A DNA stretch of 64,000 nt from Deltaproteobacteria bacterium HGW-Deltaproteobacteria-13 (GCA_002840555.1 PHBJ01000005.1:303577-367576), one strand, 5' to 3'; shown: positions 48,686-58,984, counted from the first letter of the stretch. Notes: a model not told the origin generated them from the sequence alone. Translations and numbers: made by a program.

Positions 48686-49216
48686 CTAAACGAGTTCATT
48701 GAGACGAAGTGATAATGACTGGGCCAGCTTCTGCAAAAGATTGGTTTGCATATCCGGTGTGTAACGATTTTGGCGGGAATCTCCATTATTCCAGCTTCCA
48801 ACAATCTCTTTATTCACTTTAAACGGAACCAGGGCCATTGATTTGACAAAATATTTTCTATTGGCCGGCAACAATTTATAATAAACGTTTAAATTCTTAT
48901 TCACTAAAACCGGTTTCAGGCCGGAAGAAAAAATTTCGCTGAATGACTCCGGCTTTATTACATTAAGCCTGTCTTTTAAAACATCAGAAGATTTTATTGC
49001 CTCAATAATGGGCGCAGCCGTAACAGTATTGGTCAAGGTCAGCCAGACAAAGGGAACCTCAAATTCTTTTTCTATTCCAGCAAAAAGAATTTCAAAGAGC
49101 CGGGCGACCGTTTTGGCCTCGGCCAGTCCCTTTTCAATATTTTCAAAACCGGAGGCAATTTTCGTATTGATGCCTTCAACATTTTCTTTTTTATCCATTT
49201 CTGTTACCCCTACCAC
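48686..49216 (-). CDS. DUF484/GAF-like hypothetical protein
   Basis: Coiled-coil N-terminus plus GAF-like 'SMALVPF.....[10 protein letters not shown]...RY.PDM.T.LL..LA'. Confidence 0.6.
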   Translation of the reverse strand: MVGVTEMDKKENVEGINTKIASGFENIEKGLAEAKTVARLFEILFAGIEKEFEVPFVWLTLTNTVTAAPIIEAIKSSDVLKDRLNVIKPESFSEIFSSGLKPVLVNKNLNVYYKLLPANRKYFVKSMALVPFKVNKEIVGSWNNGDSRQNRYTPDMQTNLLQKLAQSLSLRLNELV

Positions 49217-50019
49217 TGCGCATAGAAAATTAGATGATCGGACGGCTTTTCAACAAGTCTTGATTCCAAATCAATCGTGCAGCTTTTTGATTTTGCGGCA
49301 AGCAATTTTGTCGCCAGCATATGATCAACCCGCCAGCCCAGCTTGCGCCTTACCGAATCCTTGACGCGATAATCATAAAAAGTATATTGACCGGGAACAC
49401 CGGGATGATGTTTGCGGAAGACATCCGTGAAGCCCCATGATTTAACATCTTCGTATGCCTTCCAAACTTCAGGATTAAAACATACGTGTCCCAATATTCT
49501 TTTCGGGTCGTGAACATCTATCGCTTCCGGCGCGACGTTAAGATCGCCGCACCAGATTATTTCATTTTGCGGCTGAAAATGCTTCTGCAGATATTTCTTG
49601 AAACGCGCGAACCACTCCAGTTTATAGGCGAATTGCGGGCTCTCGATTTCCTGGCCCTGCGGGACATAGGTATTGATGATCGTCAGGCCATTATATGCTG
49701 CGACGATCAAACGATCCGGATCGGCAGGTTCGCTGTCGAAGCCAAAAGTGACTTTCTGCGGTTTTTGTTTCGATGCGATGGCCACGCCTTTATACTGCTT
49801 ATCGCCTTTAAAAACGACATGATAACCAAAAGCCTCGAACTCGGCAGCGGGAAAGCCGGCATCGGCGACTTTGGTTTCCTGCATGCAGAAATAATCGGGG
49901 CTGTTTTTTTGCAGCCAGGGCATAACAATATGCATGCGGGAACGGATGGAATTCACATTGTAAGTAGCGATCTTCAAATTAAGCGCCGCCTTTCGTAAAT
50001 TATTGGTGATTAATATCAC
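49210..50019 (-). CDS. xth: Exodeoxyribonuclease III (start probably TTG at 49977)
   Basis: '[10 protein letters not shown]', 'MQETKV', 'YVPQG', 'GDLNVA', 'GWRVDH', 'SDH'. Confidence 0.95.
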   Translation of the reverse strand: MILITNNLRKAALNLKIATYNVNSIRSRMHIVMPWLQKNSPDYFCMQETKVADAGFPAAEFEAFGYHVVFKGDKQYKGVAIASKQKPQKVTFGFDSEPADPDRLIVAAYNGLTIINTYVPQGQEIESPQFAYKLEWFARFKKYLQKHFQPQNEIIWCGDLNVAPEAIDVHDPKRILGHVCFNPEVWKAYEDVKSWGFTDVFRKHHPGVPGQYTFYDYRVKDSVRRKLGWRVDHMLATKLLAAKSKSCTIDLESRLVEKPSDHLIFYAQW

Positions 50020-50115
50020 GGCCGAAGGCTGCGCTCAAGTTTTTTTGCTCCGGCCATTAAAATCTTGTATATTCTTAAAATATGTTACTGTAGAAGTACA
50101 TTGCTGTTATTAACA

Positions 50116-50206
50116 TCCCCCTTTTGCAAAGGGGGATGAAGGGGGATTTTTCAATCAATTCAATTTCGTAAAATCTCCCCTAACCCCTCTTTAAAAAAGA
50201 GGGGAA
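50116..50206. repeat. REP-like inverted pair (copy C)
   Basis: tcccccttttgcaaagggggatgaagggggattt ... aaatctcccctaacccctctttaaaaaagaggggaa. Confidence 0.9.
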
Positions 50207-50234
50207 TTGAACAGTCGGATTTGGAGTTGGAGAC

Positions 50235-51329
50235 ATGGAGAAAGTAGATATTACCATCATAGGTGCCGGCGTAATCGGGCTGTCCATTGCCGCCGAAATG
50301 GCCCGGCCGGATTTAAACGTCTTTATTTTGGAAAAGAATCCCACGTATGGCGGCGGCATCAGTTCCCGCAACAGTGAAGTCATACACAGCGGAATATATT
50401 ATCCTGACGGGTCTTACAAAGCTTCTCTTTGCGTTGCCGGAAACAAAATGCTCTATGATATTGCTTCTGCAAACAAGATTCCTCATAAAAGAACGGGGAA
50501 ACTAATCGTCGCAATAAAAGACGAAGAAATGGAAGAACTCGAACGCCTTTACGCTAATGGCCGGAAAAACGGCGTCACGTCGATATCGATGATCAGCAAA
50601 AAACAAATTGCCCGAATGGAACCAAATGTTCGTGCCCGGGCGGCTCTTAGCTTATCCGATACCGGCATTATCAGCGTTCATGATTTAATGAATTATTTTT
50701 TAGCCGGGGCTCAAAGCAGGAAGGCTCATATTGTTTATCAAACGAAAGTCGTGCGGATAGAAAAGGAATCGGACCGCTACCGGATTTTCACCCGTAATGA
50801 GAAAGGAGAAAACTTCGAATTTTCTTCCGCCATAGTTATCAATGCCGCCGGCCTGGAATCCGACACCATCGCCAACATGATCGGGACGAATTATCATCTG
50901 CATTACTGCAAGGGCGATTATTGCAGTGTTTCGAGAGTAAAACCGGGAATGGTGCAAAGGCTGATTTATCCGGTTCCGCCAAATAATCATGTCGGCCTCG
51001 GCGTTCATTTAACATTGGATTTAAATGGACGGTTTAAACTCGGCCCGGACACAACTTACATCGACCGCCGGGAAGACTATCGGGTCGCGGAAGAAAAAGC
51101 TGATCTTTTCTATCAAAGCGCCGTAAAATTTCTGCCTTTTATAAAAGCAGATAAGGTCCATCCCGACATGTCCGGCATAAGACCTAAATTACAGGGGCCT
51201 GATGAAGATTTCCGTGATTTTGTCATTAAAGAAGACTCTTCCGGGTTCATCAATCTTGTCGGGATTGAATCACCGGGAATGACCGCATCTCCCGCCATCG
51301 CGCAGTTTGTAAAAGCAATGTTATTTTAA
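50235..51329 (+). CDS. FAD-dependent oxidoreductase, L-2-hydroxyglutarate oxidase (LhgO)-like
   Basis: GAGVIG, 'SSRNSEVIHSGIYY', 'GVHLT', 'SGIRPK', 'GIESPGMTASPAIA'. Confidence 0.88.
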   Translation: MEKVDITIIGAGVIGLSIAAEMARPDLNVFILEKNPTYGGGISSRNSEVIHSGIYYPDGSYKASLCVAGNKMLYDIASANKIPHKRTGKLIVAIKDEEMEELERLYANGRKNGVTSISMISKKQIARMEPNVRARAALSLSDTGIISVHDLMNYFLAGAQSRKAHIVYQTKVVRIEKESDRYRIFTRNEKGENFEFSSAIVINAAGLESDTIANMIGTNYHLHYCKGDYCSVSRVKPGMVQRLIYPVPPNNHVGLGVHLTLDLNGRFKLGPDTTYIDRREDYRVAEEKADLFYQSAVKFLPFIKADKVHPDMSGIRPKLQGPDEDFRDFVIKEDSSGFINLVGIESPGMTASPAIAQFVKAMLF

Positions 51330-51336
51330 AGGGAAC

Positions 51337-51419
51337 TTCCCCCTTTCATAAAGGGGGATTGAGGGGGATTTTTCATTTCTATAAAATCCTCCCTAACCCT
51401 CCTTTAGAAAAGGAGGGAA
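51337..51419. repeat. REP-like inverted pair (copy D)
   Basis: ttccccctttcataaagggggattgagggggattt ... aaatcctccctaaccctcctttagaaaaggagggaa. Confidence 0.9.
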
Positions 51420-51519
51420 TAAATGGATTCAATATTATTCTTCTCTTTTTCATTGACAGCACCCTGCCCTTCCCTTATAACCTGTGACAAAATATAGAAG
51501 CAGAAAGCAGGAGATATCT

Positions 51520-52683
51520 ATGAAAAAATCGACATTACTCATTATTCTTTTAACAATTTTCCCGCTGGGCATTTTGGGCTGCGGCGACGATTCTTCCAAA
51601 ATCAAAATCGGTGTTATTGCCGAACTGACCGGTGATGTTCCGGCCGTAGGCGCATCCTGTAAAAACGCGGCGGAAATGGCCGTAGCGGAAGTCAACGACG
51701 CCGGTGGTATTCAGTTGGGCGACAAGAAATATAAAATCAAATTAATTATCGAGGACAACGCCGGGAAGGCCGATCAATCGGCATCCTCCGCGCAAAAACT
51801 GATCACACAGCAAAAAGTCACGGCCATTGTCGGTCCCAACGCCAGCCGCTACGCTCTGCCTGCCGCGGAAATTGCCGAATCGGGCAAAGTTGTATTGATT
51901 ACCCCCTGGTCCACCGCTCCTAAAGCCACGCTGGATTCCAAAACAGGCGCTTCCAAAAAATATGTTTTCCGCGCATGTTTTATCGATCCATTCCAGGGAC
52001 GGGTTCTGGCGAAATTTGCGTTGGACGATCTCAAACTGAAAAAAGCGGCTGTTCTTTATGACGTGGCTTCCGAATATAATAAAGGCATTGCCGAATTTTT
52101 CAAGGAAGTCTATGAGCAGAATGGCGGCAAAGTCGTCGCGTTTGAAACCTACACGACCAACGATAAGGATTTTTCATCCCAGCTGACCAAAATCAAAAAA
52201 GCGGCGCCGGATGTTATTTTCCTGCCCAACTATTACAGCGAAGTGCCTTTGCAAATTCAGCAGGCCAAGCGGCTGGGCATCACAGCACCCTTTATTGGCT
52301 CTGACTCCTGGGGGTCCGAAGAGCTTTTGAAACTTTGCGGCAAGGACTGCAACGATTATTATTTCAGCACGCATTACGCAGCCGACGCATCGACTGACAC
52401 CACGAAGAAATTCATCGCGGCTTATAAAGCGAAATTCGGCACCACGCCCGATGACGTGGCCGCTCTGACCTATGACTCCTTCGGACTGCTGTGGCAGGCT
52501 CTCAAAACCGCCGGGAAGAATGACCGCCAGGCCGTGCGCGACGCGCTGGCTAAAATTCCGCAATATGAAGGTGTTACCGGAAACATGCAGTTCAAAGAAG
52601 GCTCCGGCGACCCGGTCAAGAGCGCGGTAATTTTAAAAATAAAGGATGGGAAGTTTACGTGGTTTGCCAACGCCAAACCATGA
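51520..52683 (+). CDS. livK: Branched-chain amino acid ABC transporter substrate-binding lipoprotein
   Basis: Lipobox-like ILGC, 'IKIGVIAELTG', 'FRACFIDPFQG', 'YDSF'. The ORF track starts at 51484. Confidence 0.88.
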   Translation: MKKSTLLIILLTIFPLGILGCGDDSSKIKIGVIAELTGDVPAVGASCKNAAEMAVAEVNDAGGIQLGDKKYKIKLIIEDNAGKADQSASSAQKLITQQKVTAIVGPNASRYALPAAEIAESGKVVLITPWSTAPKATLDSKTGASKKYVFRACFIDPFQGRVLAKFALDDLKLKKAAVLYDVASEYNKGIAEFFKEVYEQNGGKVVAFETYTTNDKDFSSQLTKIKKAAPDVIFLPNYYSEVPLQIQQAKRLGITAPFIGSDSWGSEELLKLCGKDCNDYYFSTHYAADASTDTTKKFIAAYKAKFGTTPDDVAALTYDSFGLLWQALKTAGKNDRQAVRDALAKIPQYEGVTGNMQFKEGSGDPVKSAVILKIKDGKFTWFANAKP

Positions 52684-52734
52684 TGTAACGGCTTATTAAA
52701 AAGCTCATTAAAAGTAATTTCCCCACTTTTAATC

Positions 52735-52815
52735 TCCCCCTTTCTTAAAGGGGGATTAAGGGGGATTTAATTTTTCACAAAATCCTCCCTAACCCTCCTT
52801 TAAAAAAGGAGGGAA
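52735..52815. repeat. REP-like inverted pair (copy E), directly upstream of DUF559 gene
   Basis: tccccctttcttaaagggggattaagggggattt ... aaatcctccctaaccctcctttaaaaaaggagggaa. Confidence 0.9.
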
Positions 52816-52837
52816 TAATAATGTAAGGTATTTTTGA

Positions 52838-53206
52838 ATGCTGCCTTTCGAAAGGAAGCTTAAACCTCTTGCCCGTAATTTAAGAAACAACATGACTGAT
52901 GCCGAGCAGTTTATCTGGTCGAAAATCAGGAGAAAACAGATAAACAATGTACAGTTCTATCGGCAAAAAAATATAAGTCATTTCATAGTAGATTTTTACT
53001 GTCCAAAAGGAAAACTAGTTATAGAGGTAGACGGTGGACAGCATTATGATAAAGAGGGGTCTGAGAAAGATCAGATTAGAGATAGATATTTAAAAGAACT
53101 TGGATTAACCATTATGCGTTTTTCTGATATCGATGTTCTTAAAAATATTGATGGGGTACTTGAAAGCATTCATGAGCATTTAAAAATCTCCCTTAAGATA
53201 TCTTAA
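52838..53206 (+). CDS. DUF559 / Vsr-like (PD-(D/E)xK) endonuclease
   Basis: 'ARNLRNNMTDAE..IW..IR..QI....FYRQ..I..FIVDFYC....LVIEVDGGQH...D..RD.YL..LG..IMRF'. Visibly more AT-rich than the surrounding liv genes. Confidence 0.93.
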   Translation: MLPFERKLKPLARNLRNNMTDAEQFIWSKIRRKQINNVQFYRQKNISHFIVDFYCPKGKLVIEVDGGQHYDKEGSEKDQIRDRYLKELGLTIMRFSDIDVLKNIDGVLESIHEHLKISLKIS

Positions 53207-53225
53207 AATGGGGAACACATAATTA

Positions 53226-53304
53226 TCCCCCTTTGCTAAAGGGGGATACAGGGGGATTTGAATAAAAATCCTCCCCAGCCCTCCTTTAGAAAAGAAGGGA
53301 GGAA
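53226..53304. repeat. REP-like inverted pair (copy F), directly downstream of DUF559 gene
   Basis: tccccctttgctaaagggggatacagggggattt ... aaatcctccccagccctcctttagaaaagaagggaggaa. Confidence 0.88.
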
Positions 53305-53327
53305 TAAGGAAACTTTGTATTCAAACT

Positions 53328-54203
53328 ATGGCTTATATTTTTCAACAAGCTCTTAACGCCCTGCAACTGGGAAGTATCTACGCTCTCATCGCCCTGGGCT
53401 ACACCATGGTCTATGGCATTTTGACGATGATCAACTTCGCCCACGGCGATCTGTTCATGGTCGGCGCTTTCTTTTGTTTTCTCATTGCTTTTTATCTGCA
53501 TCTCTCGTTTGTTCCGACGCTTCTTTTATCCATGACGGGCGTGGCATTTTTAGGCGTGGTCATTGAACGGCTCGCGTATAAACCGCTGCGCAACGCCCCG
53601 CGCGTTTCCGCCATCATCACCGCGCTGGGCGTCGGCCTCTTTCTGGAAAATTTCACACTGGCTCTTGCGCCCTATCCCAAACATATTCCTACGCTTCTGG
53701 AAAACACGACCTGGACGCTGGGGACTCTTTCCATTTCTTCTCTGCAGATTATCGTCATTGTCCTTTCGCTTGTTTTGATGCTGATTCTTGATTTTATTGT
53801 GCAGCGAACAAAAGCGGGGATGGCCATGCGCGCCATTTCCTGGGACAAGACGATTGTCCCGCTGATGGGCGTGCCGGTTAATAAAATCATTTCGCTTACT
53901 TTTGCCCTGGGCACGGGCCTGGGGGGAGCTGCCGGGATGATGTACGGGCTGGCCTATCCGGTAATTGATCCCTATATGGGCATCATGGTCGGCTGGAAAG
54001 CATTTATCTGCGCCGTGGTTGGCGGCATCGGCAATATTCGCGGAGCCATGATCGGCGGTTTTATCCTGGGCGGTGTGGAAATTATGGTAGCCGCATTCTT
54101 CCCCTCCACCTATCGTGATTTTGTGGCCTTCACGCTGCTTCTTGTTCTATTAATCGTCAGGCCTTATGGAATTCTGGGTAAACCCCAGCCGCAAAAGGTG
54201 TAG
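53328..54203 (+). CDS. livH: Branched-chain amino acid ABC permease
   Basis: 'GSIYALIALGYTMVYGIL..INFAHGD', 'KAFICAVVGGIG'. Confidence 0.93.
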   Translation: MAYIFQQALNALQLGSIYALIALGYTMVYGILTMINFAHGDLFMVGAFFCFLIAFYLHLSFVPTLLLSMTGVAFLGVVIERLAYKPLRNAPRVSAIITALGVGLFLENFTLALAPYPKHIPTLLENTTWTLGTLSISSLQIIVIVLSLVLMLILDFIVQRTKAGMAMRAISWDKTIVPLMGVPVNKIISLTFALGTGLGGAAGMMYGLAYPVIDPYMGIMVGWKAFICAVVGGIGNIRGAMIGGFILGGVEIMVAAFFPSTYRDFVAFTLLLVLLIVRPYGILGKPQPQKV

Positions 54204-54205
54204 CC

Positions 54206-55249
54206 ATGGCCAAGCTTTCTTCAACATATGAAAACATCCAAGAGCATTGGCACGCGCTCACCGATAAAAAATACTTCTGGCCGCTTTTCATGATCGCAGG
54301 CATTGCGTTTTGCATGGCCGCCTCAACTTTTGAATTTCTGGATTTATATCTGCAGCTGATTTTAATTTATGTAGGCATCAACATCATCCTCACCGTCAGC
54401 CTGAATCTGATCAACGGTTACATGGGAGAATTCTCCGTCGGCCACGCGGGCTTCATGGCTATCGGTGCCTATATTGCCTCTCTTTTGACGGTGCACGTAT
54501 TTCCGCCCACTGCGCAAAACCTGCTTTTCCCACTGGCAATACTCGCAGGCGGCTTAGGCGCGGCGCTGGTAGGATTCCTTGTGGCAATCCCCTCTTTTAA
54601 AACACGCGGCGACTATCTGGCCATTGTCACGCTGGCCTTCTGCATGATTGTCAAATCCGTTCTGGAAAACATCGACGCCGTCGGCGGACCGCGCGGGCTG
54701 CTGGGCATGGAAAAGCTCACCACCCTGCCTTGGGTTTTTTTCTGGACGGCGCTTTCCGTTTGGGTAATCCGTAATTTGGTTTATTCCAATTTCGGGCGCG
54801 GTGTTTTGTCCATCCGCGAAGATGAAATCGCGAGCGACCTGATGAGCGTCAACACGCGCCAGGTCAAAATCATCGCTTTTGTCGTTTCATCTTTTTTCGC
54901 GGGCATTGCCGGGGGACTGTTCGCCCACGCGCTTCAGTTTATTAACCCGCGCATGTTCGACATTCTTAAATCCACGGACATTCTGATCATGGTGTACCTG
55001 GGCGGCATCGCGTCCATTTCCGGATCGATCATCGGCGCGGTCATTTATACCATTTTGCTGGAAATCCTGCGTCCGCTTGGCGTCTGGCGCATGGTGCTCA
55101 TGCCGCTGATGCTGGTGCTCCTGATGATCTACCGTCCGCGCGGCATCATGGGCATGAGAGAAGCCCGCCTGTTTACGCCGCTGCGCGACTTTGTGACGGA
55201 AAAACTCTGGCGTCAGAAGAAAAAGGAGGCCGGCGATGCCACTCCTTGA
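54206..55249 (+). CDS. livM: Branched-chain amino acid ABC permease
   Basis: 'SLNLINGYMGEFSVGHAGF', 'RGDYLAIVTLAF', 'SIREDEIA', 'MVYLGG'. Confidence 0.93.
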   Translation: MAKLSSTYENIQEHWHALTDKKYFWPLFMIAGIAFCMAASTFEFLDLYLQLILIYVGINIILTVSLNLINGYMGEFSVGHAGFMAIGAYIASLLTVHVFPPTAQNLLFPLAILAGGLGAALVGFLVAIPSFKTRGDYLAIVTLAFCMIVKSVLENIDAVGGPRGLLGMEKLTTLPWVFFWTALSVWVIRNLVYSNFGRGVLSIREDEIASDLMSVNTRQVKIIAFVVSSFFAGIAGGLFAHALQFINPRMFDILKSTDILIMVYLGGIASISGSIIGAVIYTILLEILRPLGVWRMVLMPLMLVLLMIYRPRGIMGMREARLFTPLRDFVTEKLWRQKKKEAGDATP

Positions 55250-56006
55250 AATACAAAAGCTCACACACCGTTTCGCGGGCCTTTGCGCCGTATCCGATTT
55301 CAATCTGGCCGTCGAACCGCATGAACTGATCGGCGTTATCGGTCCCAACGGCGCGGGCAAGACCACCGTTTTCAATTTGATCACCGGCGTCTATCGGGCA
55401 AGCGAGGGCAGCATCAAGCTCGACGGCCTTGAGCTTGTAGGCCTTACCCCTCATCAGATCACGAGATCGGGCATCGCCCGTACCTTTCAAAACATCCGTC
55501 TCTTCAAGGAACTAAGCGTTCTGGATAATGTTCGCATCGCGCACTACGGCCAGATTGCCTACACGCCCGCTGAAGCGCTCCTGCACATCGGACGCTTCCG
55601 CGCGGAAGAGCGGCGCATCACCAATCAGGCGCTGGATCTGCTCTCTATTTTCAAGCTGGATGAAATGGCGGGAGAGAAAGCAAAAAATCTGCCTTATGGT
55701 TTGCAGCGCCGGCTGGAGATCGCCCGCGCGCTCGCCACCGAGCCCAAGCTTCTGCTTCTGGATGAACCGGCGGCCGGAATGAACCCCAACGAAATTATTC
55801 AGCTCATGGACTTCATCGGCTGGATTCGTAAAACATTTTCGGTGACGATTATTCTGATCGAACACCAGATGCGGCTGGTCATGGGCATTTGCGAACGCCT
55901 GGTGGTGCTGGATTTCGGCGCGACCATCGCGACCGGCCGCTGCTCGGACATTCAAAATAATCCGAAGGTTCTTGAAGCGTACTTAGGCGAAGAGGTGGCA
56001 ATATGA
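55236..56006 (+). CDS. livG: Branched-chain amino acid ABC ATP-binding protein
   Basis: GPNGAGKTT, 'IARTFQNIRLF', 'LPYGLQRRLEIARAL', LDEPAAG. Confidence 0.94.
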   Translation: MPLLEIQKLTHRFAGLCAVSDFNLAVEPHELIGVIGPNGAGKTTVFNLITGVYRASEGSIKLDGLELVGLTPHQITRSGIARTFQNIRLFKELSVLDNVRIAHYGQIAYTPAEALLHIGRFRAEERRITNQALDLLSIFKLDEMAGEKAKNLPYGLQRRLEIARALATEPKLLLLDEPAAGMNPNEIIQLMDFIGWIRKTFSVTIILIEHQMRLVMGICERLVVLDFGATIATGRCSDIQNNPKVLEAYLGEEVAI

Positions 56007-56722
56007 CGCCTTCTGAAAAAATTCTTGCCGTTTCTCATTTGAGCGTTGACTACGACAGCATTCACGCGGTTGACGATATTTCTTTTGATGTCGGCAAGGG
56101 AGAAATTGTCACGCTGATCGGCGCCAACGGCGCGGGAAAATCGTCCATCCTGCGCGCGATTTCCGGCCTTATTCCTTACAACGGCAGCATATCCTACGCG
56201 GGAAAAGATTTGAAAAACATTGAGGCCGATCAAATTGTCGCCGCGGGCATCGCCCACGTGCCGGAAGGCCGGGGCATCTTCGGCAATCTGACGGTAATGG
56301 AAAATCTTAAACTCGCTACATGGCAGCGAAAAGATAAAGAGCAGATTAAAAAAGATTTCGAAAATGTTTTTTCACTGTTTCCGCGGCTGAAGGAACGAAG
56401 AAAGCAGCAGGGCGGTATGCTTTCCGGCGGCGAGCAGCAAATGCTGGCCGTGGGCCGCGCGCTGATGACCGACGCGCCCATGCTGCTGCTGGACGAACCG
56501 TCCATGGGGCTTTCGCCGGTTTTGGTGCGGGATATTTTCAAGATCATTCAAGACATCAATCAGGCGGGGAAAACCATCCTGCTCGTCGAACAAAACGCCA
56601 ACATGTCGCTGCATATCGCTTCGCGCGGCTATGTTCTGGAAACCGGCCGCATTGTACTTTCCGGCACAGGCAGGGAACTGACGGGAAATCCGAAGGTGAA
56701 GGAAGCCTACCTGGGCGGCTAA
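56003..56722 (+). CDS. livF: Branched-chain amino acid ABC ATP-binding protein
   Basis: GANGAGKS, 'VPEGRGIF', LSGGEQQ, LDEPSMGL. Confidence 0.94.
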   Translation: MTPSEKILAVSHLSVDYDSIHAVDDISFDVGKGEIVTLIGANGAGKSSILRAISGLIPYNGSISYAGKDLKNIEADQIVAAGIAHVPEGRGIFGNLTVMENLKLATWQRKDKEQIKKDFENVFSLFPRLKERRKQQGGMLSGGEQQMLAVGRALMTDAPMLLLDEPSMGLSPVLVRDIFKIIQDINQAGKTILLVEQNANMSLHIASRGYVLETGRIVLSGTGRELTGNPKVKEAYLGG

Positions 56723-57174
56723 AAGCCAATGGGTCTTCATCGGAGGTCCTGCCGGAAAACCTTTCGCCTGAAAAACATTGCCAATAAAATCATTACAAAG
56801 AAATTGACAGACAAAAACGGATTGCTTATACTATTTCAAACAAAAGTAATTTTTTGCCAATATTTTATTTCTTCTGATAATGCCTGCTTAGAATCAACCT
56901 TTTGGAGCAGAGAATGAAAAGAAGATATTACGCGAAGTTACCTGTCGAAAGCTTCCAGGGGCGAATATGCCCTTTTGGAGGCTTGTTTTTTTCTTGTGAA
57001 TAATTCTCCCCAATGAATCTTACCGGCAAATTTTCTCATCTAACCCCATGAGCGGCGTTAAAAATACCGATTATAACTATTGTCGTTTGCCGGTAGATGG
57101 AGACGGCAATTTTGATCGGGGAAATCAAATTATATTTTAAACCCCAAAGAAGGGCGGGAAGGAGGAAGCATAAA

Positions 57175-58287
57175 ATGATGAACCCACGTCATATGATTGA
57201 AGAAATATTAGAGCCTGCCGGGATTCATGTCAATGGAAGTAATCCGTGGGACATTCAGGTCACAGATGACCGGATCTTTTCGCAGGTGCTCAAGAGCAAA
57301 AATTTGGGCCTCGGCGAAGCCTATATGGAAGGCTGGTGGAACTGCCGGCAACTGGATGAATTAATCTACAGAATATTGAAATTCAGGCTCGATGAAAAAA
57401 TCAAAACAGGATATAGATTTCTCGTTAATTCATTATTTGCCGTCCTTGTCAACATGCAGTCCAAAAAACGTTCTCCCATTGTTGCCGAACAGCACTATGA
57501 TCTTGACAACAATCTTTTCATGTCCTTCCTGGGCGCATACAATCAGTATAGCTGCGCTTATTTCGATGGCACGGAAGACCTCAACGATGCCCAGATCAAA
57601 AAAATGGAACTGATCTGCAAAAAGATCGGTCTTCGTAAAAGTGATCGCGTTCTGGACATCGGCTGCGGCTGGGGAGGTTTTGCCGGATATATGGCGGAAC
57701 ATTACGGCTGCAATGTGACCGCCATCAATATATCATCCGAGCAGATTCGCCATGCGAAGGATTTATGTAAAAACCTGCCGGTAAAAATCCTGTTTTGTGA
57801 TTACCGTGATCTTGAGGGCACCTTTGATAAAATAATTTCCGTAGGGATGCTGGAACACGTGGGCCAGAAAAACTACAAAACCTTCGCAAAGGCTGTCCAT
57901 CGCTGCCTTGGAGAAAATGGGATTTTTCTGCTGCACACGATCGGCCGTAATGACTCCGACGTCGAAGGCGATCCATGGATGACCAAATACATTTTCCCCA
58001 ATGGGATGATGCCGAGTATAACTCAGATAAGCAAAGCCATAGAAGGTCTCTTCGTCATCGAGGACTTGCACAACTTAGGACCTCATTATGAAAAGACACT
58101 GCTGGCCTGGCATGAAAATTTTCAAAAATCATGGGACACGTTAAAAAACAGATATGACGATAAATTCAAACGAATGTGGGATTATTACCTGCTGTCCTGC
58201 GCCGGCGCTTTCCGTGCACGAGACCTTCAGCTCTGGCAGATCGTCCTTACCCGGTACGGAACGTCTCAGCCTTTCTGCCGTTATTAA
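57175..58287 (+). CDS. cfa: Cyclopropane fatty acyl phospholipid synthase
   Basis: 'LGLGEAYMEGWW', 'HYDL', 'YSCAYF', 'LDIGCGWGG', 'SVGMLEHVG', 'KYIFPNG', 'RMWDYYL'. The ORF track starts at 57097. Confidence 0.95.
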   Translation: MMNPRHMIEEILEPAGIHVNGSNPWDIQVTDDRIFSQVLKSKNLGLGEAYMEGWWNCRQLDELIYRILKFRLDEKIKTGYRFLVNSLFAVLVNMQSKKRSPIVAEQHYDLDNNLFMSFLGAYNQYSCAYFDGTEDLNDAQIKKMELICKKIGLRKSDRVLDIGCGWGGFAGYMAEHYGCNVTAINISSEQIRHAKDLCKNLPVKILFCDYRDLEGTFDKIISVGMLEHVGQKNYKTFAKAVHRCLGENGIFLLHTIGRNDSDVEGDPWMTKYIFPNGMMPSITQISKAIEGLFVIEDLHNLGPHYEKTLLAWHENFQKSWDTLKNRYDDKFKRMWDYYLLSCAGAFRARDLQLWQIVLTRYGTSQPFCRY

Positions 58288-58511
58288 AACACCTTCTTTA
58301 AAAATGATGAGCTTTTTAAACGAGGGCGTCTCCTAAGCAGGAAGTAAGGTAATTGACCGTCGGCCTTTTAACCAAGATTTTCTTGACATACACGCATTGC
58401 TACCCTACACTCATTTTAAATAAAAGTAAGTTCTTATCAAAATTTTTTCTGTGAAAATTAAATTTGATTGAAAGTCCTTTTCGATCGGAAATGCACCGGA
58501 GGGTGTTGTCA

Positions 58512-58802
58512 ATGAGCGATTACGATAAAAGAAAATACATCAGGTATCCTGCCGAGCCGAACGAGTTTGTCACGATTCATTATCTGGATGAGAGTGATGA
58601 GAAGACGGGACAGCGCATTGGTCTGGGCCAGAATGAAAGTTTCAAGGGGTGCTGTGTCGTTTTTGTGGGCGAAGTAAGTTTCAAAAAGGGACAGGAAGTT
58701 TTTTGCCAATGCGGCAAACTTCCCAAAATGAAAGCCAAAGTCGCGTGGATCAGGAAACTGGAAGATCAGATTACCAAGGTAGGATTCTCCATGATCGAAT
58801 AA
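58512..58802 (+). CDS. PilZ-domain protein
   Basis: RKYIR (RxxxR), 'NESFKGC' (D/NxSxxG), 'AKVAWIR...VGF'. Confidence 0.8.
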   Translation: MSDYDKRKYIRYPAEPNEFVTIHYLDESDEKTGQRIGLGQNESFKGCCVVFVGEVSFKKGQEVFCQCGKLPKMKAKVAWIRKLEDQITKVGFSMIE

Positions 58803-58984
58803 CCCCGTCTCAACTCTATGTAGCACATTTCAAATCGTAAACTGCACTTTTGAAGACAGTGAAATACTCATCCTGAACAGCTAAAGCCGGCAGACGCCAT
58901 TCCTCAAGTTATGTCCTTGATATATTTCCATGAATATTATAGGTTTAAGCCCGTACTTTATAGAGCTTAAGGAGTTTAAAACGT

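Noticed and set aside
50116-53304. REP-like copies as CRISPR repeats or IS terminal inverted repeats
   Set aside because: The copies are separated by whole genes and occur as inverted pairs. No transposase or target-site duplication was recognised.
56880-57000. Possible riboswitch or leader peptide upstream of cfa (CCTTTTGGAG occurs twice)
   Set aside because: No recognisable aptamer consensus, and the short ORF is unremarkable.
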